DNA from: Macrostomum lignano
Lineage: Eukaryota
DNA length: 64,000 nt
Reading direction: 5' to 3'
Assembly (NCBI GenBank): GCA_002269645.1
Contig: NIVC01002097.1
Span: 124,001 to 188,000, forward strand
The notes under the pieces were generated by a model. It was not told where the DNA came from and ran no database searches. It saw only the letters and a list, made by a program, of their open reading frames with translations. Position numbers and translations under genes: made by a program. Positions 1 through 13,805 of this stretch are shown one piece after another (position 1 is the first letter of the stretch; each line of letters begins with the position of its first letter).

Positions 1-2100
1 CCGAAGGATGCTTTGGCTTCTCGGATAGTAGCGCGATCCGAATGGGAAATGTGGTACCTGCTGACAGAGGCGTACTGCTTGGCAAAGGCGTTGGCTTTGT
101 CTCTAGGGTCTGTTAACACTTTGTTGCCGACCTGGAGGGCCTCATTAGGGCAGTTGGAGTCCGGAGTGCCGTTAAGGCTGCGGATGAACTTCCACGCCTT
201 GTTCGAGTTGGGCTCTTTCTCAAGATCGGTTATCGTGTCACGCCAAGCAGCCTCTTTCGTTGCCCTGGCAATTTTGTGAACGTTGGCGCAGGCGCTGAGC
301 CAATCTTCTCTATTCTCGCCAACGGAGCGCCTGAGGCGGTTACGGAGCTTAATCGCCGCTTTGAGTTCAGGGGTGAGCCAGGGACGCGGTCTGTGCGAGG
401 TACGGACTTTGCCGATGCAAAGGTTTGCCGCTTGCATGACTATATCATTAAAGCGTTTGGCTCTGGCGTCAAAGGTAAGATGCTCTTTGTGAAGGGCTTT
501 AAATTTGTCCTCGACGACCGTTTGGAAAGCATTCCAGTCGACCCCTTGTTTGCGCCATATGAGACGGCTTTGGGCCTTAGGCAAGGTCCTAACCTTGAGG
601 TCAAGGCGGATCACAATCGGCGTGTGATCACTGCCGAGGTCATCGGAGACTTGCCAGGTGCATTTGCTAGCCAGCTTTGAGGAGGCGAAGGACACATCCG
701 GTGAGCTTTCGCCACCTGTGGCTTTATTGACTCTGGTGGGCGAGCCGTCGTTAAGGATTTCCAGTTGCGTGTCGATGGACCAGTCCAGGAGCGTGGAGCC
801 TCGTTCGTCCTGGGGCTGTATAGGGTCCCAGGCCGGAGAGTGGCTGTTGAAGTCTCCTAGGATGATGCCCTGAGACGGAGTGCCCAGGTGATTCCAGTCC
901 GGAAGCTGTCGATCCTCGACGCAGGTGCGGACAGGTGGAGCATAGACGTTGGTGATGGTAATCCAGTTAGCGGTAGATATCTGGATGTCGACCGTCTGGA
1001 TTTCCATGTCCGCTGTGGCCGTGGGTTGCGGGGACGAGCGGAAGGCCAGCTTGTCTCTGATGAGAAGCAGCAGACCTCCACCGCTGCCGTCGCCGCGGTC
1101 TTTGCGCACGGCGATGTACCCGTTGATCTTTGGCAGCTGCGTGCGGTTGGAGAGCTTCGTTTCTTGGACAGCTGCAATGTCGATATCGCTGTCGGAGAGG
1201 CGTTCGGCCAGCTCGGGCAGTTTGGAGGCGATTCCGTCGGCGTTCCACTGGAGAAGACGGAGGCTGTCGGCAAATTTAGTGTCGCGGGCGACCTTGTCCT
1301 GCAGGGGGACGCGCGACGTAGCTGCCGAAGGGGCGGGAGCTCCTTGGGTGCGCGCTGTGCAAACTGGGCAGTCCCAAGGGCTGCGAGCCGCGGCATCCGC
1401 GGCGTTGCGATTAAGGCCGGTGCAGCACTTGTGGTAAGCGGCGCTGCAGGAGTTGCACTTGACAAACGCGACGCCGCGGCGAATGGCGGTCGAGCATTTA
1501 GCACAGTAGCGGCGCTGGGCGTCGCTTGGATCGTTCAGATCTCTGTCGGTAGTGGGATCAGCTTGTCTGCGGGTAAGAGCAGGGCGGCGGAAGATGGAGT
1601 GTGCGCCTGGAAGTTGGACCGCCTGCTGCCGATGCAGAGGGCAGAGCCAGCTGGGGGCGCCACGATACCGCGAGATGTGGCTGCAGTTGCTGGAGCGGTG
1701 GCAGGCCAGAGCGCAACCTTTGGCAGCGCAAGTGAGCGGAGTAGTGCCAGTGCGGATGGGCCCTGAGCAGCTGTGACAGCGCGTTGGCTGAGACATGCGG
1801 GGCTCGGGTGCCGGGAGGTCACGCAGGTGCGCAGCGGATGCCGAGTCCAATTCAAGGGGGCGGTGCACAGAGCAGCGCCACGGAGATCGGACAATCTCGG
1901 CGCGGTGCATACCGCTGCATTTCTTCTGACAGTGACAGCGCTCGGAACATTCTGGGACCTCACATGGCAGGCTGTGCATGCCCGTGCGGATTGGGCCGTT
2001 GCATGAGTTGCAGGCTGGGCCGGGATTAGTTTCGATGTCCCCGGCGAGCGTAGTGAGGGCGAGCGCAAAGAGGACGAGGCGGGACAGATAGACAGCAGCA
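1..2100 (-). CDS. LINE polyprotein: 2A-like peptide + 3 PHD fingers + apurinic-like endonuclease (partial, runs off window)
   Basis: Reads ...LVLFALALTTLAGDIETNPGPACNSCNGPIRTGMHSLPCEVPECSERCHCQKKC...WRCSVH...CHSC...CAAKGCALACHRSSNC...WLCPLH...YCAKC...KCNSCSAAYHKCCTG...WDCPVC...DSLRLLQWNADG. Not in the ORF track because there is no stop codon inside the window. Confidence 0.88.
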
Positions 2101-2169
2101 AAACAACCGGTCTCCCTGCCAGCCGTGCCGAAGGCACGCGAGGGCAGATGGGTTGAAGACCACGACTTA

Positions 2170-2242
2170 GGAGCTTTGGTGTTAAAACCGGGTCGCCGCG
2201 ATGAGGCAGCTCCTTTGACCGCACCAGAAGGTGCACCAACCC
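2170..2242 (-). ncRNA. Candidate HDV-like self-cleaving ribozyme at LINE 5' end
   Basis: Minus strand: P1 GGGTT/GACCC, J1/2 hairpin GCACC-TTCT-GGTGC, P2 GGAGCT/AGCTCC (perfect), P3 GCC/GGC, L3 TCATCGC (HDV genomic is ACC-UCCUCGC-GGU), minimal P4 GT-TTTA-AC and J4/2 ACCAA. P1 is short (5 bp). Confidence 0.65.
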
Positions 2243-2258
2243 TATGGGGCTGATCGGA

Positions 2259-2624
<366 letters not shown>

Positions 2625-2629
2625 CACAC

Positions 2630-5600
2630 CTGTACGGAATGTACGGAAAGTCGTGGTGCTCGATGTGGTAGCCCACATTGAACAGCAGGGCATTCATTGG
2701 CCCGTAGTAGCTGTGAGTGGCCTGGCCACCTGAGAACAGGTAGTGCTCGGAGATGAAGTGCCCGGCCATGGGGTGAATGCCGAAGCCAAACAGGGATCCG
2801 ATGACCAGGTAGCAGAGCGGCTTCACCCCGAAGAATTTGTAGACGGCCAAGTCGAAGGCGAGGCAGCAGGCGAAGTTGAACACCTCCCAGGGCGTTGTCG
2901 GCTTCGGCGACTTCACGAACGGGCGCAGCGCGTGGATGAAGGGGTGCGCGCACAGCCACAGCAACTTCGTGGCCGGGTGCCGGAACAGCCGCGCCTCCAG
3001 ACCGGTTGGAATGTCGACGTCGTTCTGATCGTGGCCGAGCCAGCGATGGTGGTCGGTGTGGTACTTCTTGTAGCTGATGGCTACCGGTATCGCGATGGGC
3101 AGATTGCACCAGATGGACAGCAGCCGGTTGGCCCACGGCCGCTTGTGACCGAAGGCTAGATTGTGACCTGAGGACAGGGGAGGTCAAGGAGGGGTCAGCT
3201 TGTGACCTGCGGACAGAAGAGGTCAAGGAGGGGTCAGATTTTTACCTGCGGACAGGGGAAGTCAAGGTGTCGCGACTTTCCTAGTCATTTCTTAGTTCAC
3301 CTTCACTTGTCTCTGTTTACTCTGTTTTCTCTCTCTCCCTTGCTGCCTTCTGATTGGCTCTCCATTCTCGCCTCTCTCTTCAGTCGCGCACTCCACCCCC
3401 TTGTCTTATCTGCACCCCCGAAGTTAGTCTATAAATATATCGGTTTGGGCCCTGTGCCCACTTACTGGCTGGCTCCAATTTAACTCTAATTTAAATATCT
3501 CATAGTTTAGTCTTTAGTATTTTCTCTACACAAGGAGGGGTCAGATTGATTACGACCTACGTCCATGGATAATGGAGCTCAAAGATAAGAGAAGGAGGTC
3601 AATTCAAGGTCAATTATAAATCTGGAAGCAGGGATGTCAAATGGAGGTCAACTGTGATCGGGGACAAGAGAGGTCAAAGAGAGGTCACGTTGGGTCCTGG
3701 AGACAGACAGGAGAGACGAAATCCAGGTCATTTTGTGATCTGGGACCCTGGACCGCGGCAATTAAACCAAAGGACAGTGGCAGCTTTCGACCGGATCACT
3801 CTGAGCCGCGCAGATGTCTACGGGTTGTACGACAGCTCAAACTGCCAAGATACAAGCTCAGAACACTCGGTACTTTGCATCTTTCTCTGGAGCTGGGGCC
3901 CGTGCTATAGAATACTCTTAACTCCTAAATCCTTAAGAGTGTCCTAACTCCTAGCTCCTAGCTGGCTTTTCTGTGCTATAGAATACTCTTAACTCCTAAA
4001 TCCTTAAGAGTGTCCTAACTCCTAGCTCCTAGCTGGCTTTTCTGTGCTATAGAATACTCTTAACTCCTAAATCCTTAAGAGTGTCCTAACTCCTAGCTCC
4101 TAGCTGGCTTTTCTGTGCTATAGAATACTCTAACTCCTAAATCCTTAAGAGTGTCCTAACTCCTAGCTCCTAGCTGGCTTTTCTGTGCTATAGAATACTC
4201 TTAACTCCTAAATCCTTAAGAGTGTCCTAACTCCTAGCTCCTAGCTGGCTTTTCTGTGCTATAGAATACTCTTAACTCCTAAATCCTTATGAGTGTCCTA
4301 ACTCCTAGCTCCTAGCTGGCTTTTCTGTGCTATAGAATACTCTTAACTCCTAAATCCTTAAGAGTGTCCTAACTCCTAGCTCCTAGCTGGCTTTTCTGTG
4401 CTATAGAATACTCTTAACTCCTAAATCCTTATGAGTGTCCTAACTCCTAGCTCCTAGCTGGCTTTTCTGTGCTATAGAATACTCTTAACTCCTAAATCCT
4501 TATGAGTGTCCTAACTCCTAGCTCCTAGCTGGCTTTTCTGTGCTATAGAATACTCTTAACTCCTAAATCCTTAAGAGTGTCCTAACTCCTAGCTCCTAGC
4601 TGGCTTTTCTGTGCTATAGAATACTCTAACTCCTAAATCCTTATGAGTGTCCTAACTCCTAGCTCCTAGCTGGCTTTTCTGTGCTATAGAATACTCTTAA
4701 CTCCTAAATCCTTAAGAGTGTCCTAACTCCTAGCTCCTAGCTGGCTTTTCTGTGCTATAGAATACTCTTAACTCCTAAATCCTTAAGAGTGTCCTAACTC
4801 CTAGCTCCTAGCTGGCTTTTCTGTGCTATAGAATACTCTTAACTCCTAAATCCTTAAGAGTGTCCTAACTCCTAGCTCCTAGCTGGCTTTTCTGTGCTAT
4901 AGAATACTCTAACTCCTAAATCCTTAAGAGTGTCCTAACTCCTAGCTCCTAGCTGGCTTTTCTGTGCTATAGAATACTCTAACTCCTAAATCCTTAAGAG
5001 TGTCCCAACTCCTAGCTCCTAGCTGGCTTTTCTGTGCTAAAGAATACTCTTAACTCCTAAATCCTTAAGAGTGTCCCAACTCATAGCTCCTAGCTGGCTT
5101 TTCTGTGCTATAGAATACTCTTAACTCCTAAATCCTTAAGAGTGTCCTAACTCTTAGCTCCTAGCTGGCTTTTCTGTGCTATAGAATACTCTTAACTCCT
5201 AAATCCTTAAGAGTGTCCTAACTCCTAGCTCCTAGCTGGCTTTTCTGTGCTATAGAATCAGAGTAAATTTTAAGAGCTAGGAGGCTCCTTAAGGACGTTA
5301 GGAGACTCCTGGGTGAATTTAGGAGAACTCATTAAGGTCCGTGGCATGCTATAGAATTAGGAGAGGAAGTCTAGGAGCTAGGAGCTAGGAGCTGGCTTTT
5401 AGGAGTCATTCTAGGAGCGTGTGTCCTATAGAATGAGAAAATTTTGCTCCTAACTCTTGACTCCTAAGCAAGAGTTCAAAGGGCCAATTTTCACTCTTAG
5501 ACAAGCTGGGATTATAATGTTTTCGGACAGTGAATCGGATTCTGATGAGGAAGGAGTCAATGATAGACGCCGTCGACAATTTAAGACAAGAATTAATTTT

Positions 5601-7347
5601 TTGAAGATGATTCAGCCGAGAGTGCTATGCGTTTTAGACTTAACGAGATCCAGCTTTCAAGCCTAACAGATAGAATTCGACACAGAATCGAACATCTTTG
5701 TACCAAACTTTTCACGGCATTCCAATATCACGTCTTGCCACATAGCAATCTTCGCATTCTTAGTTATGGTTGTACTAAACGCACCAAAGAGAACCTCTTT
5801 GCGTGCAGCGACGGCTCTCACAAAAGATATTTTTTAGCAATTTGCATTTTCACTCCTGAGATTCAATCCTTAAGGACCGTAAAGTTAGGATTGTGATATA
5901 GCACACAATTCTCTATCATCCTTAAACGATTGCGCAACACTCCTTGAACACACCCCCACTCCTAGGCTGCACTCCTTGCAAGAACTCCTAGCTCCTAACT
6001 CTTAACTCCTGAAATCTATAGCACACAAAATTCAATCACTCCTTGTCAAGAGTACTCTTGAGTCCTAGCTCCTAACTCCTAACTCCTGAAATCTATAGCA
6101 CACAAAATTCAATCACTCCTTGTCAAGAGTACTCTTGAGTCCTAGCTCCTAACTCCTAACTCCTGAAATCTATAGCACGGGCCCCTGGCCTGTAGAGAAA
6201 GGTGCATAATAATAGTAGTCGAGGCCTCAGTGCTCGCAGCTCTTAGTCACGTGCTTGGGGCAGTGAGAGCACTGAGCTGGTTCTGCTCACTACCCTCCAT
6301 TGTTGCATTTTCATAATAAGTTCTGGTACAAACAGCATGTCACTAAGTTAGTTCGCATTGCCACAGACCTCTGATCTCTCTCTAATGTTACTAATCTGCC
6401 TACCGAGCTACTCACTAATCTACTCGCTAGTAAATCCATTAATACATTACCAATACTTTGGAAATTCTCTCCAAAAAGGTTGCTCACTGTCATTCCACTC
6501 GCGAACGTACCTCGCGCCACCCGGCGATCTACCCACCAACCTACCCAGCAATCTACCCACCAACCTACCCAGCAATCTACCCACCAACCTACCCAGCAAT
6601 CTACCCACCAACCTACCCAGCAATCTACCCACCAACCTACCCAGCAATCTACCCACCAACCTATCCAACAATCTACCCACTAACCTACCCAGAAATCTAC
6701 CCACCAACCTACCCAGCAATCTACCCACCAACCTACCCAGCAATCTACCCACCAACCTACCCAGCAATCTACCCACCAACCTACCTAGCAATCTACCCAC
6801 CAACCTACCCAGCAATCTACCCACCAACCTACCCAGCAATCTACCCACCAACCTACCCAGCAATCTACCCACCAACCTACCCAGCAATCTACCCACCAAC
6901 CTACCCAGCAATCTACCCACCAACCTACCCAGCAATCTACCCACCAACCTACCCAGCAATCTACCCACCAACCTACCCAGCAATCTACCCACCAACCTAC
7001 CCAGCAATCCACCTACCGATTTCGTGAATGGCGGAGGCCAGGCTGTGGTTCAGAGTGGCTCCAACCCCGTACGCTAGCAGCACCAACCAGCCCCAGGATG
7101 GGTTGGCCTGCGAGATCACCTGACAGATCAGCAGCTGGATGAGAACCTCGGCGCTGACCACCAGAGCAATTCTGGGATCGTAGCCCATCAGCTTCTTAAT
7201 CTGGGGATATTTTGCCAGGATCTCCCGCCGCCTGGTCACATGAGGCTCCTCGTTGTACTCCCACGTGTCGGCGTCCAGCTCGAGCTTCATGCTCAGCTTC
7301 AGCGCGTTGAAAAATGACCACCGGAGATTTTCGGCTGGGCTGTTCAT
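2630..7347 (-). CDS. DEGS1: Sphingolipid delta-4 desaturase (DEGS1/DEGS2-like); exons 7347-7017 and 3167-2630, last exon beyond window start
   Basis: N-terminal EEPHVTRRREILAKYPQIKKLMG and His boxes HEIGH (split by a phase-1 intron, G|GTAGGT...CAG|GT), HTDHH and HIEHHDFP. Exon 2 ends at donor AG|GTGTGT. Confidence 0.92.
3902..5258 (+). repeat. 71-bp tandem satellite (~19 copies) containing the TIR core GTGCTATAGA
   Basis: Unit gtgctatagaatactcttaactcctaaatccttaagagtgtcctaactcctagctcctagctggcttttct; period 71 (3902 to 3973). Confidence 0.95.
5517..5725 (+). pseudogene. Harbinger-like transposase N-terminal remnant (frameshifted, internally deleted)
   Basis: MFSDSESDSDEEGVNDRRRRQFKTRINF, then after a shift in the T-run at 5597-5602 EDDSAESAMRFRLNEIQLSSLTDRIRHRIEH. 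This resembles the acidic patch + RFRL...L motif of Harbinger nucleases. Confidence 0.6.
6527..7016 (+). repeat. 24-bp (2x12) minisatellite starting at the DEGS exon-1 donor
   Basis: Unit ctacccaccaacctacccagcaat, ~20 copies. Confidence 0.95.
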
Positions 7348-7384
7348 GGCAACTGCCGGCTGCTTCGAAGGGTGGCGAGAGAAT

Positions 7385-8158
7385 CTGGATCTGTTGGGTG
7401 TGAGACTGAGATCTATTGGATCTGAGACTGAGATCTGTTGGATCTGAGACTGAGATCTGTTGGGTGTGAGACTGAGATCTGTTGGGTGTGAGACTGAGAT
7501 CTATTGGATCTGAGACTGAGATCTGTTGGATCTGAGACTGAGATCTGTTGGATCTGAGACTGAGATCTGTTGGATCTGAGACTGAGATCTGTTGGGTGTG
7601 AGACTGAGACCTGTTGGGTGTGAGATTGAGATCTGTTGGGTCTGAGATTGAGATCTGTTGGATCTGAGACTGAGATCTGTTGGATCTGAGACTGAGATCT
7701 GTTGGGTGTAAGATTGAGATCTGTTGGATCTGAGACTGAGATCTCTAAAGACTCAGCTTTTGTTGGCAGAACAGTCGCTTTGCTAAATTATCATTCTTTA
7801 CTCAGTGTTTATATATTTGATTTTGAGCAACGTGCAATGCACACCACAGATTTGCGGTGGGACGTTCAGTCGCGTACAACGTGCTATGCACAGAGCGATA
7901 AGTCTTCAGCCTGGTGAGCAAAGCCAAAGGTTGCGTGCACCTGCACGCGAACGACGAATTAACCCAAAATTAAGTAACTGTGGTCATCACAAATCTGTTC
8001 GATCGAAGATTGAGATCTGTTGGGTCTGAGATTGAGATCTGTTGGATCTGAGACTGAGATCTGTTGGATCTGAGACTGAGATCTGTTGGATCTGAGACTG
8101 AGATCTGTTGGATCTGAGACTGAGATCTGTTGGATCTGAGACTGAGATCTGTTGGATT
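7385..8158 (+). repeat. 22-bp minisatellite in two blocks (7385-7745, ~7990-8158)
   Basis: Unit gagactgagatctgttggatct. Confidence 0.93.
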
Positions 8159-8601
8159 CTGAGAATAATAGCTACGTAGAGTTCTATGTGATCTAAAAAT
8201 ATGCTTAGGCTTGCTTCCAGAGCCTTCAACTGCAGTCAGCCTCATGCTCCCCGGGGCCGCAGCTTGCTGGCCTACCGGTGAATCAAAAAAGTTTTTAATA
8301 GCCGCTGCCTAGACGGCTGGCGGACAGCCCCCCCCCCCCCAAGGCAGTTAGAGCCACTCTGGGCCGCTTGAATGCCAATTTTATGAAGCCAACTACTGGC
8401 AAGGCTTGCGAGAGCGCGGGTAGACGGGTAGAGGATGAAATGCGCCAAGAATGAATTGAGCTCAGGGTTTGAGAAACGGCTGGGGTTGAGAGGCGGGTGC
8501 AGCCTACGTTAGTCGAAAGTCTCTCTCCCATGCAGCTATTGTCCGGACCTCCTCTCAGCTTCACACGGAATCCGGTTCTGGGACCGCAGTTGAGTCTCCT
8601 T

Positions 8602-9595
<994 letters not shown>

Positions 9596-10611
9596 CTCAC
9601 CAGTTAAGTTGTTATTCCGTCACTTTGGGCAGCGGTCCGGCTGACTCCCTCCTGTGCGGAGCAGTTGAGCATGAGGTGGACATGCCGCGGGGGCTGCCGG
9701 GTTTTTACACTGCCAACTCCCTCATCGACTGACCAACCACGCCCTGCCTCCCTGTGTGAGCAGCCCTACCTGGCCGCCTCAAAGCTGCACGGCTCAGTGC
9801 GTGAGCTGCAGTCCCTTGCAACAGCGGGGCTGAGACCGGAGCTCTCCAGTTTCCCAGCCGCTTTCTTTCCCTCATCTGGTCACGTGCGAGGCCTGACGAG
9901 GTGACTGTGGGCCCCGCCGGTACTGCCCCCCCCCCCCCCCAGGACCAGCCAATGGGCGCAGAGCTGAGCAGATCAGACCGAATGGCCTCCTCTGTCTTGC
10001 TCCCCTCTCTACGTCATGAACCTTTGTTTTGATAGCAAAAGACTCAATGGTGAGCAGCCGTGTAAGTGTTTGAGCAGTGTGCTTGAGCAGTGTGCTTGAG
10101 CAGTGTGTTTGAGCAGTGTGTTTGAGCATTGTTTACCCACCGAGCAGGCGACTCGAGCTTCGAAGAACCCTAGCCAGAGTAATGACCAGCGGCACTTGTT
10201 TTCTCTTTTTCTTTGCAACCATTCGCCTTTCTGTTTACCATTGCGGCCGGGATGACTCAGAAGAAAAGGCAGGTGCATCTCACAGCCTGCCTGTGTGTGT
10301 GCTTTGCATGGGCACACGAGCTGGTTGCGCAAAGAAAGGGGCTGCGACCCGAGATTCCCACTGTAGGAACCTTGTACAATAAAACATTGTCCAAGTTACT
10401 CGTACAGGGCAGCCTGAGCCAGTTTACGGTGAACTGGAACAGCCTGAGCCAATTTATAGTGAACTGGAACAGCCTGAGCCAGTTTACAGTGAGTTACAAA
10501 TCTGTTCTGAGCTCAACTGATAATTAAAAGAATGCTCAGACTCAACCTGTCGCACCTTTCGGTCTAAAAATTAACAGTTTTTTGCCACCATTGTTCAAAT
10601 CGCCTCTATTT

Positions 10612-11936
<1,325 letters not shown>

Positions 11937-12637
11937 AAAATTAAAAAGACTCTACATGTGGAAAGACTTGTATGGTCAGTACATGGATTATCAGCTTTCT
12001 AAAGAGGAGCATTGTTATCCCAGAAATCCCCCGTGAGAATTGACATCTCAGCAGTTCCCTCCCCCCATGAGAATTGCCATCTCAAGAATTCCATGAAATG
12101 CAAGGCAATTCTCTGCTTAATTTTTAGAGCGCTTTTAAAAATGTGCTCGTCCGCGTTTTACGAGCTAAAGAGCTTTAATGCTTTTAGCGCATGGAATTCG
12201 CATTATTTTTACTTATGCAAAATCCTAATTTATTTCTTTCGGCACGCTCGCGCAATGCGCAAGTTTTCACAGGGCCAAGTATTTTGAAGGTACATTGTGT
12301 TCGGCATTGTTGCCAACATTTTCTATTTTTAGCAGTCAGCCAACAAAAACATAAACATGGCATATTTGATTACGCAGTTTAACCAAATAAAAAATGGATA
12401 AATTTAGATTGGTACGGCGCACCATGCTACTAGCAGTGACATCATTTGCGGCAATTTATAGTTTCAAATTAAACTGCGATATAAAAGTCGATTTTCCGAA
12501 TAAAAAGTTCAGTCAATATGAAGATCAAGTCCAATAATTTCCGCATTTTTTATCCAGAAGGCAGACTTGTAGCACCTGAATATGAATAAAAACGGAATTA
12601 AAGCAAAGGTCCTGTTGTCAAGGCGGGGGGGGGGGTT

Positions 12638-13655
12638 CTACTGCATCGAGCAGATCCGTTTTCGCTTGGACTTTTTCCCGTAGTGCTTCTGCAGACTGTG
12701 GGAGCCGAGGGCCGCCCGGATGGCCTCCGTGAACACCTGCGGGTTTCAGACGGGGCGGGGCGCAGGTTCGGAGGCTCGTCAGCGACATGAATTGTGTGAG
12801 CACCCATCAGGCTACTGACAGAGTGAGCACCCATCAGGCTACTGACAGAGTGAGAACCCATCAGGCTACTGACAGAGTGAGCACCCATCAGGCTACTGAC
12901 AGAGTGAGCACCCATCAGGCTACTGACAGAGTGAGCACCCATCAGGCTACTGACAGAGTGAGCACCCATCAGGCTACTGACAGAGTGAGCACCCATCAGG
13001 CTACTGACAGAGTGAGCACCCATCAGGGTTACTGACAGAGTGAGCACCCATCAGGGTTACTGACAGAGTGAGCACCCATCAGGGTTACTGACAGAGTGAG
13101 CACCCATCAGGCTCTGAGCACCGCAGAGTCCCGCACCTCCTCCACCATGAACTTGTTGAGCGCTGAGCACTCGATGTAGAAATCCGCCCCGATGCGGTGC
13201 GCGAGCGCCTCCGCCTCCTGCTTGGTGACCAGGTCGCAGCCGTGAGTCCTGGCGTGCTCCAGGAACAGCCGGTCGAACCGCAGGTCGCCCTTGGTGCCGA
13301 CCAGCACACGGCGAGCTTCGGGTACGTGCGCGGACACTTCCGGCGCCCACTTGGCGAGAACGTTGGCAAAGGTAGGCCGGTGCCCGATGCTGAAGCTGAT
13401 GAGGAACACGTCGGTCTCCGGGTAGCTCAGCGGCCGCAGGCGATCGTAGTCTTCCTGGCCGGCGCTGTCCCAGAGGCTCAGCTGCACCGGCCGGCCATCC
13501 ACGATCACCGTGCAGTCAAAGTTGTCGAACACGGTGGGCACGTAGCTGGCCGGGAAGACTCCGGTGGTGTAGGTGGACAGCAGGCAGGTCTTGCCGGCGC
13601 CGCCGTCCCCGACGATGACGCACTTCACCTTGGAGCGCGGGTAGCCGCTCAGCAT
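12638..13655 (-). CDS. Rho-family small GTPase (Rac/Rho-like), 205 aa; exons 13655-13137 and 12736-12638
   Basis: G1 GDGGAGKT, effector YVPTVFDNF, G3 WDSAGQEDYDRLRPLSYP, G4 GTKGDL and G5 ECSAL. A phase-0 intron GAG|GTGCGG...CGCAG|GTG adds VFTEAIRAAL...KKSKRKRICSMQ* (polybasic + CaaX). Confidence 0.93.
12795..13115 (+). repeat. 27-bp intronic minisatellite in Rho gene
   Basis: Unit gagcacccatcaggctactgacagagt, ~12 copies. Confidence 0.95.
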
Positions 13656-13686
13656 TGCGGTGGGCTGGGCGGGGCTGCCGGGGTGG

Positions 13687-13723
13687 GTGTCTGTCTGTCT
13701 GTCTTAGTGTCTGTCTGTCTTAG

Positions 13724-13758
<35 letters not shown>

Positions 13759-13805
13759 TTTTGTGTCTGCCTGTCTGTCTTAGTGTCTGTATCTGTCTGT
13801 GTCTT
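13687..13805 (+). repeat. Degenerate (GTCT)n tract upstream of Rho start
   Basis: Directly visible. Confidence 0.85.

Larger units (their letters stand above)
1..2242 (-). mobile_element. Ingi/I-group-like non-LTR retrotransposon, 5' part (continues beyond window start)
   Basis: Manual translation of the minus strand gives one stop-free frame from ~2258 to position 1. It contains the 2A-like motif GDIETNPGP (2016-2042), three PHD-type Cys/His clusters (1359-2012), then APE endonuclease motifs LRLLQWNADG, DIAAVQETKL, GGGLLLLIR, NVYAPP, ILGDFNSHSPAW, ILNDGSPT and DLGSDHTPI. The RT is expected downstream, outside the window. Confidence 0.9.
3896..6184 (+). mobile_element. Non-autonomous PIF/Harbinger DNA transposon in DEGS intron 1
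   Basis: Perfect 16-bp TIR GGGCCCGTGCTATAGA (3896-3911 / 6169-6184) and 3-bp TSD CTG (3893-3895 / 6185-6187). Contains a remnant Harbinger-like transposase N-terminus. Confidence 0.85.

Noticed and set aside
13-1766. Plus-strand ORFs 13-279, 276-680 and 888-1766 and minus-strand ORF 857-1504
   Set aside because: They are shadow frames of the LINE polyprotein, which lies in a different minus-strand frame.
3902-5258. CRISPR-like appearance of regular repeats (also 16958-17375 and 61060-62592)
   Set aside because: The units are contiguous with no unique spacers, there are no cas genes, and the context is eukaryotic.
9660-9735. Possible plus-strand terminal exon (EHEVDMPRGLPGFYTANSLID*)
   Set aside because: It has an acceptor-like context, but no recognisable family or partner exons; unsupported.
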